Source of the DNA: Armatimonadota bacterium
Lineage (GTDB): Bacteria; Armatimonadota; Fimbriimonadia; Fimbriimonadales; Fimbriimonadaceae
Assembly: GCA_031400935.1 (NCBI GenBank)
Contig: JANNQV010000051.1
Span: forward strand, 1 to 64,000
Direction of reading: 5' to 3'
DNA length: 64,000 nt
The notes beneath the pieces were generated by a model. The model had not been told where the DNA came from, ran no database searches, and saw only the letters and a list, made by a program, of their open reading frames with translations. The translations under genes and the position numbers were made by a program. Below, one piece after another: positions 48,574 to 56,921 of the stretch; within the stretch, counting starts at the first letter, position 1; every line of letters begins with the position of its first letter.

Positions 48574-49493
48574 GCCGACTTCTCCTCTAGCTTGCGAAGC
48601 TCCTCTAAAAGCTTTCTTTGCTCGCTGCCGAGCTCTTTCGGAACCGTTATTTTCAATCTCGCTAACAGATCGCTTCGACCGCCGCTAAGCTTTGCAATTC
48701 CTTGACCGGCGAGCCTAAAAACTTGTCCAGATTGGCTACCTGGCGGAACTTTCATCGTAATACTTCCTCTGAGCGTGGGAACTTGGATCTCTCCTCCAAG
48801 GGTTGCTGTTAGATAACTTGATGCAGCATCAACTTCCAAGTTTTCACCTGCTATCCGAAACTCTTTGTGCATCGCCCATTTCACAACCAAATACAAGTCG
48901 CCCGAACCGCCTCGCAAACCAGCTGCGCCTTTGTTAGGTACCCGAAGCTTTTTCCCATTAGGAATCCCTTGCGGGATTCGAACTTCGACGGATTGATTCT
49001 TAGGGACGGTAGATATTGCGCCATTTCGAGTCTGGATGGCATCCATTACTTGATAGGAGAGTTTTCGTAAGGTACCCGAATCTATTTCTTCCAAAGTTAC
49101 TTCTAGTTCCTTTTCTACATCTCGAGGCTGAACATATTGCATATCTTCGGTGTTCATACGAACGCCCCCGCCTCGCATGTTGCCGAATAGGTTTTCGAAG
49201 ATGGATTCAAACCCGCCACCATCGCTGCTGAAGTGAAAATCGCCATCTTGGGCGCCTCCCGTTCGGGACATATTTTCCCAATTCGAGCCAAACAGGTCGT
49301 ACTGCTTGCGTTTTTCTGCATCGCTGAGAACTTCGTATGCTTCACTGATTTCCTTGAATTTGGCCTCTGCGCCTTTGTCATTTCGATTCACATCTGGGTG
49401 AAATTTTCGTGCCAGTTTTCGATAGGCAGATCGAATTTCTTTCTCGTCTGCATTTCGACTCACTCCTAAAGTTTGATAGTAATCCTGCGCCAT
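48570..49493 (-). CDS. cbpA: Class B J-domain chaperone (CbpA-like)
   Basis: J domain with HPD, G/F region, DnaJ C-terminal domain, no zinc finger. Confidence 0.88.
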   Translation of the reverse strand: MAQDYYQTLGVSRNADEKEIRSAYRKLARKFHPDVNRNDKGAEAKFKEISEAYEVLSDAEKRKQYDLFGSNWENMSRTGGAQDGDFHFSSDGGGFESIFENLFGNMRGGGVRMNTEDMQYVQPRDVEKELEVTLEEIDSGTLRKLSYQVMDAIQTRNGAISTVPKNQSVEVRIPQGIPNGKKLRVPNKGAAGLRGGSGDLYLVVKWAMHKEFRIAGENLEVDAASSYLTATLGGEIQVPTLRGSITMKVPPGSQSGQVFRLAGQGIAKLSGGRSDLLARLKITVPKELGSEQRKLLEELRKLEEKSA

Positions 49494-49550
49494 TTAACTT
49501 TCCTACGCTCAAGTATATGATACTGTAACGCTCAAGTGCGCGTTTCAAGA
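49493..49550 (-). promoter_or_regulatory. HAIR-like HspR operator half-sites
   Basis: ACTTGAGCGT twice (49505-49514, 49528-49537) and TCTTGAAACG (49541-49550) upstream of cbpA-hspR; HAIR consensus is CTTGAGT-N7-ACTCAAG. Confidence 0.6.
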
Positions 49551-49641
49551 TTTGAAAGGAGACGCAACGTTTTTTGAGAAAAGTCCATTTATTCGTCGGA
49601 TTTAGCTTCAGTCCAATGAGCTTGGTTCCAACAATATTCAT

Positions 49642-50505
49642 GTGAACCTCGAAAGTGTTGCAATCAAACTATCAAGAAGCGAGAATTTGTCGGCACTATC
49701 CAATGTCGTCAGTTCTGTCTTGAAGTTAGCGGACGATCCTAGCGCTTCTCCAAGGGCACTTGAAAAGGTTATTGAACAGGATACTGGGCTTACCGCAAAG
49801 CTGCTTCGGGTTGCAAGCAGTGCATATTACGGCGGAGTTCAGGTTCCATCAGTGAATCGAGCGGTGAGCGTTCTCGGAGTGGACACCATCAAGTCGCTCG
49901 CTTTAGCGATTTCAATGCAATCCATTTCGGGAGGAGAGTCCTCTGTAAAGGGATTTGACAAAGTTGCTTTTTGGCAGCACTCACTCGCTTCAGCACTTGC
50001 CGCACGAATTCTAGGCAAGCTTGTTTTGCCCAAAAGCGCCGAAGATATGTATTCGGCTGCATTGCTGCACGACATCGGCCTGATTGTCATGGAGCGATTT
50101 CTCCCAACGGAACTTGAAATTGCGTTGAATTTGGCGCAAGATTCGAAGGTAATGATTCATGAAGCGGAACGCGAAACACTTGGATTCGACCATGCCGAGG
50201 TCGGTGGATTGTTGGCAGAAAAGTGGGGACTCTCCGACGAGATACGCCATGCAGTCCGATATCATCACAACGTCGCAGAAGACCCAATGAACCACGCGAC
50301 GACACATATCGTATCAGCTTCTAATACGTTAGCCCATCAATGCGGCTTCTCAACTTTTCCGTTGCCACATGGCTACGTTCCAGAATTTGACATTGCAATC
50401 CATTCGACTGTCAACATATCAGAAGAGCAACTTGCAATCATTCGGGCCGTGTTAAACCAAGAAGTGCGCCGTGCACAAGACAATTTGATGATTTCTGCAG
50501 CTTAG
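49642..50505 (+). CDS. Stand-alone HDOD-domain protein
   Basis: IEQDTGLTAKLLRVASS, FWQHSL, LLHDIG, GFDHAEVG..W..YHH. Confidence 0.92.
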   Translation: MNLESVAIKLSRSENLSALSNVVSSVLKLADDPSASPRALEKVIEQDTGLTAKLLRVASSAYYGGVQVPSVNRAVSVLGVDTIKSLALAISMQSISGGESSVKGFDKVAFWQHSLASALAARILGKLVLPKSAEDMYSAALLHDIGLIVMERFLPTELEIALNLAQDSKVMIHEAERETLGFDHAEVGGLLAEKWGLSDEIRHAVRYHHNVAEDPMNHATTHIVSASNTLAHQCGFSTFPLPHGYVPEFDIAIHSTVNISEEQLAIIRAVLNQEVRRAQDNLMISAA

Positions 50506-50570
50506 ACCGTTTGAACTCCTCATCACTTAAAATAAGTTCGACTTGTCCTAAAGACTAATACCATCAAATT

Positions 50571-52643
50571 CTAGTGATCGTCTTCATGCGAAGCTCTTTC
50601 CTTTTCAAATGCTGCAATCAACTTTTGTTGCTCAGGTTGGGGAAGGTCTTGATAATGGGAGACGTTTTGCTTAAAGCGTCCTCGGCCTTTTGTAATCGAA
50701 CGAAGGTCAAGAGCGTATCGCATCATCGTTGACATCGGAACGGCCGCGCGAACCCTTGTCTTTCCGGGTGAAGCAGGTTCCATACCGTGCATTTGCCCTC
50801 TTCTACCATTTAGATCACCGACTACGTCGCCCACATTTTCGTCAGGAACATCCACTTCGAGTTCTAGAATTGGCTCCAGAATCGTCGGCTGCGCCGCCGC
50901 CGCCGCCGCTTTGAATGCAAGCGAACCTGCAATCTTGAAAGCCATTTCGGATGAATCCACATCGTGGTAGCTGCCGTCATAAACCACCGCCCTAATATCC
51001 ATGACTGGAAAACCAGCCAAAAATCCCTTTACTAGGGTTTCTCGGATGCCTTTTTCAATGGCGGGAATAAAGTTCTTTGGAACCGAACCGCCCACAACCT
51101 CATTGCCGAACTCAAAGCCCTTCCCTCGTTCGAGCGGTTCTAATCGAAGCCAGCAATCGCCAAATTGGCCCTTGCCGCCTGTTTGCCGTTTATGCCGCCC
51201 TTGAGCTTTCGCGGTGCTCTTAATGGTTTCTGTATACGGCACTTTGGCTTCTTCTACAGTAACTGTAACTCCAAATCGAATTTTGAGTTTTTCAATAGCC
51301 GTATCCAAATGGATATCGCCCATCCCTTCCAAGATTTCTTGGTGAATTGCTGGGTCGCGAGTGTAACGAAGTGTCGGGTCTTCTTCGAGCAATTTAGTTA
51401 GGGCTGGCCCGAGTTTATCTTCATCAGCTTTTGTCACAGGTTTAATTGCGACGCGATAAATCGCGTCCGGGAATTGAACTGGTGGAAGCTGAATCTTGTC
51501 TTTTACAGTGCTAAATGTGTCTCCGGTATGAGTGTCTTGCAATTTCGCAACAATACAAATATCACCAGCAAGAACCTCAGTCGCACTTTCTTGTCCCTTG
51601 CCATGAGCAAAGTATAGATTGTGCAAACGTTCATCCTTTTCTCGATTTACATTCCAAACATGATCGTCCGATTTGAACTTTCCGCTAAAAACTCGGACAA
51701 AATTGATCTTGCCAACATAAGGATCAGCAGTTGTTTTGAAGCAAAATGCGGCAAGCGGCCCAGCAGGGTCAGCGATCATCGGTTTATCGTCAAAAACCTT
51801 TGGAACATCAACAGGAGAAGGCAATTCGCCAACGATTCGGTCAAGTAAAGTCGCAACGCCAATTCCTGACATCGCCGATCCTACAAGGACAGGAACAACC
51901 TTTCCACTTTCAGTTCCTACGAGCAAACCATGCTCAATTTCTTCGGTAGTAAGTTCTTCGCCTTCCAGATACTTCATTGCGAGGTCGTCATCGCCCTCAG
52001 CAGCAGCGTCCATCGCCTTTTCGCGCAAACGCTCAGCTTCTTCCTTATATCCGACCGGAACTTCTTCAATTTCAACGCCGCGATCTTTGCCTTTGTAGAC
52101 CTTCATGTTCAAAAGGTCTAAGATTCCGGAAAAAGCGGCCTGATGGCCGATTGGAATCTGAACGTCCACTACCTGCCGTCCGTATCTGGCATGGAGAGTC
52201 GTCATCAGGCCTTCAAAATCGGCATTATCGCGCTCGAGTTTGTTTACAAAAATGCATTTGGCAAGGCCGTGCTGCTCGGCGATTTCCCAGGCAAGATCGA
52301 ATCCAACATCGAGGTCGGCTTTCGCTTCGCAGACGATGATCATGGATTCGACGACTCGCGCAACACCGTGAAGATCTCCGATGAAATCGGGATAGCCTGG
52401 AACGTCAATCAAATTGATCTTTGTGCCATGCCATTCTAGCGGCACGACGCTGGCACTGACTGATATTTTCCGGCGGACCTCAAGTGGATCATGGTCGCTT
52501 TGGGTGTTGCCGGCGTCAACAGTTCCAACTCTTTCAATGGCTCCGGCGGTGTAGAGCATGTGTTCGACGAGCATGGTTTTGCCCGCTCCGCCATGTCCAA
52601 CAATGGCAACGTTTCGTATCTTGTCAGCAGTGTAAGTCTTCAC
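50571..52643 (-). CDS. fusA: Elongation factor G paralog (EF-G2 type)
   Basis: Five-domain EF-G layout with LEEDPT, GMGDIHL, QTGGKGQFG, GSYHDVDSSEMAF; divergent G-domain motifs; not in the str operon. Confidence 0.9.
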   Translation of the reverse strand: MKTYTADKIRNVAIVGHGGAGKTMLVEHMLYTAGAIERVGTVDAGNTQSDHDPLEVRRKISVSASVVPLEWHGTKINLIDVPGYPDFIGDLHGVARVVESMIIVCEAKADLDVGFDLAWEIAEQHGLAKCIFVNKLERDNADFEGLMTTLHARYGRQVVDVQIPIGHQAAFSGILDLLNMKVYKGKDRGVEIEEVPVGYKEEAERLREKAMDAAAEGDDDLAMKYLEGEELTTEEIEHGLLVGTESGKVVPVLVGSAMSGIGVATLLDRIVGELPSPVDVPKVFDDKPMIADPAGPLAAFCFKTTADPYVGKINFVRVFSGKFKSDDHVWNVNREKDERLHNLYFAHGKGQESATEVLAGDICIVAKLQDTHTGDTFSTVKDKIQLPPVQFPDAIYRVAIKPVTKADEDKLGPALTKLLEEDPTLRYTRDPAIHQEILEGMGDIHLDTAIEKLKIRFGVTVTVEEAKVPYTETIKSTAKAQGRHKRQTGGKGQFGDCWLRLEPLERGKGFEFGNEVVGGSVPKNFIPAIEKGIRETLVKGFLAGFPVMDIRAVVYDGSYHDVDSSEMAFKIAGSLAFKAAAAAAQPTILEPILELEVDVPDENVGDVVGDLNGRRGQMHGMEPASPGKTRVRAAVPMSTMMRYALDLRSITKGRGRFKQNVSHYQDLPQPEQQKLIAAFEKERASHEDDH

Positions 52644-52724
52644 GAGAAAATTCTCCTTAATTTGAGGTTAATATTCTATTCTATGTAGCTTATCAATTCT
52701 CCTTTTCAATTTGCTGACAAGAGG

Positions 52725-52776
52725 CCCCCTCCTTTATGCGAGGAACGAGCAAAGAGGAGGGGGTTGGGAGTGGAGT
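52725..52776. repeat. CCCCTCC-type palindromic repeat with GCGAGGAACGAGC core
   Basis: CCCCCTCCT..GCGAGGAACGAGC..AGGAGGGGG; same core at 61878-61890 (reverse) and, with one mismatch, 36516-36528. Confidence 0.75.
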
Positions 52777-52996
52777 CATTTCGTGGAGTTGATTTTGTCC
52801 AAAGATAATCGTGTTTCGTGCGATTGCAATATGCATTTCACGCAGAGGTCTCGGAGGTACGCAGAGCAGTCGCCGCGAACCTTTGCGGCCACCGCGTGAG
52901 GTTCCGTTTCAAACATGTTAACGCCGGTCCAACTCAGCTCGAAAGGACTTATCGGAACAGCAATGGCGGTTGGGGTTGGAGTTTAACGAAACATTC

Positions 52997-53025
52997 TTGC
53001 AATCTTTACAAATTTGCATTACAAT
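52997..53025 (+). promoter_or_regulatory. Sigma70-type promoter, probable leaderless transcript
   Basis: TTGCAA-N17-TACAAT, 6 nt before ATG 53032; no SD. Confidence 0.75.
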
Positions 53026-53031
53026 ATCCTC

Positions 53032-53664
53032 ATGGCACTATTACTTGGAGACGTGGTACCCAACTTCACTCAGGACTCAACCGATGGCCCGATTAACCTC
53101 TACGATTACGCTGGCAGTAACTGGGTGATCCTGTTTTCGCATCCAAAGGACTTTACACCTGTTTGCACCACCGAACTCGGATACATGGCAAAGCTGAAGC
53201 CCGAATTCGACAAACGTGGAGTGAGAATTCTTGGCTTGAGCGTTGATTCGATGGCAAGTCATGCAGGCTGGGTTCCCGATATCGAAGAAACTCAAGGGAC
53301 TAAGCTCAATTATCCGTTGATCGCTGACCATGATCGTTCAGTTGCTGACAAGTTTGGAATGATTCATCCAAACGAAGACAACAATTTTACGGCTCGTTCT
53401 GTCTTTGTAATTGACCCGAATCGGAAACTCCGATTGACCCTAACCTATCCAGCTCCAACCGGCAGGAATTTCGATGAGATTCTCCGAGTCGTGGACTCGC
53501 TGTTATTAACAGATTCAAACAAGGTTGCAACCCCTGTGAACTGGAGATTCGGTGAAGATGTGATCATTTTACCGTCGGTATCCGATGAAACAGCAAAAGA
53601 GATGTTCCCAAATGGATGGGTTGCCCACAAGCCGTATCTTAGGGTAACAAAGCAACCGACCTAG
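53032..53664 (+). CDS. 1-Cys peroxiredoxin (Prx6)
   Basis: FSHPKDFTPVCTTELG, GRNFDEILR, ATPVNW. Confidence 0.95.
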   Translation: MALLLGDVVPNFTQDSTDGPINLYDYAGSNWVILFSHPKDFTPVCTTELGYMAKLKPEFDKRGVRILGLSVDSMASHAGWVPDIEETQGTKLNYPLIADHDRSVADKFGMIHPNEDNNFTARSVFVIDPNRKLRLTLTYPAPTGRNFDEILRVVDSLLLTDSNKVATPVNWRFGEDVIILPSVSDETAKEMFPNGWVAHKPYLRVTKQPT

Positions 53665-54337
53665 GACCTGCCTGTTTCCTCCTCCGCCTCACCAACGCCA
53701 ACCCCCCAAGCCCCAAAACTGCCATTGTCGCAGGCTCGGGAACTGGGCGGCAAATCGTGTCAATTACTACTTGATCCACAAATGAAACTGCCCCTGCCGT
53801 GATTCCTGAAAGCCTGATAACTTCAAAAGGAGGGCATGGTCCGAAGTTCACTTCATAAACTGCATGAGTCCAGCCATCCGAAAGCACTTGCGATGAAATC
53901 AAGTTCATCGGGCCGCTAGATACTGTAGAAGAATAGTCAACAGCAGGGCCAACGTTTGCCGCATCGAGCCAAGTTACTTGTACTCGTACGCTCTTTATTC
54001 CTGTTCCGCCAGGATCATTCCCTATCAAAAAGTCCATAGTGTCGCTTGGCGATGTCATTCGCCAAACTCCGGTTCTGATACCAAACGAAGCTTGATAGAA
54101 CGAGTTCGAAACAATTGCCATAGGCGTTCCGTACGGATTCACAAAATTTGTCCCGCCCCAAATGTTTCCATCAGGAGCAAGGTTTGTGATATTTGTATTG
54201 AAATCCCATTCTTGAACTGTGGCGGTAGCATTTGCTAGTCGCCATGGCGGCGGCACTAGGTCATCAGCAAAGGCTGGCACTGCAAGAACACCAAGTAGGC
54301 AACTAAAAAAGCCTCTCGAAAAAGTGCAAATTTCCAT
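53639..54337 (-). CDS. PEP-CTERM surface protein
   Basis: Signal peptide; VPEPATMAVLGLGGLALVRRRRK. Confidence 0.9.
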   Translation of the reverse strand: MEICTFSRGFFSCLLGVLAVPAFADDLVPPPWRLANATATVQEWDFNTNITNLAPDGNIWGGTNFVNPYGTPMAIVSNSFYQASFGIRTGVWRMTSPSDTMDFLIGNDPGGTGIKSVRVQVTWLDAANVGPAVDYSSTVSSGPMNLISSQVLSDGWTHAVYEVNFGPCPPFEVIRLSGITAGAVSFVDQVVIDTICRPVPEPATMAVLGLGGLALVRRRRKQAGPRSVALLP

Positions 54338-54539
54338 CCTATTATCATACGCGCAATTTGCTCGCAGGAAATACCAGGTTTCTATATAAACGAATCATCT
54401 GGCAAACCGACGTCTGACCATGTTGTTTTTGCCAGAAATGCCGATAATTCGGGTACACTTTGAACCTAAGCGAACGGATTCGCACTTCATCTTCAGGAGA
54501 ACCCCCTTGACCTTCGATTCTGCTACTGCAACCCCGGAC

Positions 54540-55649
54540 ATGTCTAAACAAAAAACGAACGGTCAGGCGACAAACGTCGAATCTGCCAGTGCCAAACTCA
54601 CAAAGGAGCAAAAGCTCGAAATGCTGATGCACCTTTATTTGGCGCGATATTTCGACGTGCGCCTGATCAAGGAAAAGAAAAAAGGGCGACTTACTGGGAC
54701 GCTCTATTCTTCGCACAATCAGGAAGGAATCCTCGTCGGATCACTTTATGGACTAGAGCCAACAGACTGGATTTCTCCAATTCATAGGGATATGCCTTGT
54801 TTCTTTTTGAAAGATGCCAAGGCTGGCCTAGAGAATCCGGACCGAATGGGAATGTCAATAGAAGAGATTTGCGGCCAAGTTTGGTGCAAAGAAAATTCGC
54901 CTGGCAGAGCCAGGGACAACTGGTCGCATATTGGGAGTTTTGACAAGCGAATCATCCATTCCACATCCATGCTCGCAGGAACGATTCCGGTAGCAGCAGG
55001 TGTGGTTTATGCGGATCGTTTGGATAAGAAAAACACAGTGGTCTTGACCTACAATGGCGAAGGTTCAACGGCCCAGGGTGTATTTCATGAAGCTGTTAAC
55101 TTCGCTGCAGTTCATAAATTGCCGGTGATAACGATCATCGAGAACAACCAGTGGGCATTCGGCACACCAGCCGATCTCGAGTATCCGCTAGAAGATTTTG
55201 CACGTCGGGCCGATGGATACGGAATTCCGGGACTTATTGCCGACGGCCAAAACGTCTTCGACGTCTACGACAAGGTCATGTGGGCTGTTGACTGGTCGAG
55301 AAAAGGCAATGGCCCAAGCATTGTGGAATGCAAGACTTTTCGGGCATACGGGCACGGCGACCACGACGATGATCGCGCCGCCATCTATCGTCCATTAGAG
55401 GAAGTCCAAAAGGGCCGAAGCCGCGATCCAATTGCAGTTGCGAAACGGATTTTGGTTGAAGAAGGAATTCTCTCGAAGGCAGAGGCAGCCCAGTTTATAG
55501 CTGAAGGGAAGGGAGCTGGCCTCGTGAGTGACGATGACTTTCCACCTGAAGTCGTCGCATATATGAAACGGGGAGTTGATGCGGCGCTTGCTGCTTCGAT
55601 GCCAAATGCAGAAGAAGGAAGCCAGTGGGTTTTTAGGGAGGACAGTTAA
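54540..55649 (+). CDS. 2-oxoacid dehydrogenase E1 alpha (branched-chain-like)
   Basis: TPP motif GEGSTAQGVFHEAVNFA..ENNQWA; FRAYGH; DPI. Confidence 0.88.
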   Translation: MSKQKTNGQATNVESASAKLTKEQKLEMLMHLYLARYFDVRLIKEKKKGRLTGTLYSSHNQEGILVGSLYGLEPTDWISPIHRDMPCFFLKDAKAGLENPDRMGMSIEEICGQVWCKENSPGRARDNWSHIGSFDKRIIHSTSMLAGTIPVAAGVVYADRLDKKNTVVLTYNGEGSTAQGVFHEAVNFAAVHKLPVITIIENNQWAFGTPADLEYPLEDFARRADGYGIPGLIADGQNVFDVYDKVMWAVDWSRKGNGPSIVECKTFRAYGHGDHDDDRAAIYRPLEEVQKGRSRDPIAVAKRILVEEGILSKAEAAQFIAEGKGAGLVSDDDFPPEVVAYMKRGVDAALAASMPNAEEGSQWVFREDS

Positions 55650-56668
55650 TGGCTACGATGACCCAAACTCAAGCTCAGACGTCGCTCAAAAAGGACTACT
55701 TAACGGCCATCAAAGAAGCTATATCGGAAGAAATGGCACTTGATCCAAACATGATTTGCATTGGCGAAGACATCGGAATTCTTGGAGGCGCGTTCGGCGT
55801 TACTGATGGACTTCAGGAAGAATTCGGCAAAGACAGGGTGATTGACGCACCTATTTCAGAAGCTGGCATTGTCGGTGCTGCAGTTGGAATGGCGTTAAAC
55901 GGCAAATCAGTTATGGTCGAAATGCAGTTTATTGACTTCATTTCTTGCGGATTTGACCAAATAGTAAACAACATGGCGACCTACCATTACCGTACAGCCG
56001 GCGAGGTGGCTATGAAGGTAGTCATCCGCGGGCCAGCGGGTGCTTATGGGGGCGGTGCGTTGTACCATAGCCAGATGAACGAAGCTTGGTTCTGTCATTC
56101 GCCTGGAATCAAAGTTGTCGTTCCAAGCACTCCTTATGACGCCAAAGGCCTGATGAAAGCAGCCATGCGCGACCCGAATCCCGTGCTGTTTTACGACATT
56201 AAACAGCTTTACAGATTAAAAGAAATTGCAGAAGAATTGCCAGAAGAAGATTACATTGTTCCTTTAGGTTCTGCGAAGATTAGAAGAGAAGGGAAAGACG
56301 TTACTCTTGTCACTTACGGGCAAAATGTATACCATTGCATCGATGCGGCTAAGAAATTAGAAGCACAAGGATACAGCGCAGAAGTGATTGATATCCGATC
56401 GCTTGTGCCGTTGGACGAAGAAACGATTTTGAACTCGCTTAAGAAAACCAACCGAGTAGTGGTAGTCAACGAGGCGCCAATGACCTGCGGGTTTGCAGGT
56501 GAGATCATCGCACGAATCAGTGACATTGGCTTTGACTATTTGGATGCTCCACCTGTACGCGTAACTCGAAAGGATACGCCTGTGCCATGGGCAAAACCGC
56601 TTGAACTGCACGTCTTGCCGACCGTTGACAAGATTGTTGATGAGACGCTTCGGGTTTTGAAGTATTAG
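55649..56668 (+). CDS. 2-oxoacid dehydrogenase E1 beta
   Basis: GEDIG..GGAFGVT, DAPISE, EMQFIDF, GGALYHSQ, DAKGL. Confidence 0.92.
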   Translation: MATMTQTQAQTSLKKDYLTAIKEAISEEMALDPNMICIGEDIGILGGAFGVTDGLQEEFGKDRVIDAPISEAGIVGAAVGMALNGKSVMVEMQFIDFISCGFDQIVNNMATYHYRTAGEVAMKVVIRGPAGAYGGGALYHSQMNEAWFCHSPGIKVVVPSTPYDAKGLMKAAMRDPNPVLFYDIKQLYRLKEIAEELPEEDYIVPLGSAKIRREGKDVTLVTYGQNVYHCIDAAKKLEAQGYSAEVIDIRSLVPLDEETILNSLKKTNRVVVVNEAPMTCGFAGEIIARISDIGFDYLDAPPVRVTRKDTPVPWAKPLELHVLPTVDKIVDETLRVLKY

Positions 56669-56921
56669 TCTTTATCTTGTTGGGTATCTCTAGGAATGGC
56701 GGGGCGTTGCTGGGAGTAGCGAGGCACTACTACCAATGTCAAGGAATTGAACCATTCCGAACAGCACCCCGCTACATATAGCAACTCCCTGCCTTCTCCC
56801 TTCTTGTGACGCTCTTGTGACGCATTCCCCGCTACCATATATCCATGGCAGTTGCGACCCAGCTATTCTTTGACCGGTTAACGCCGAGAGGGAGGAGAAA
56901 AACTGCCATAAGGAATTCTCC

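Noticed and set aside
52818..53031. Small ORF or sRNA between the EF-G paralog and prx
   Set aside because: Region consists of degenerate 9-mer and palindromic repeats plus the prx promoter; no RBS or recognisable family.
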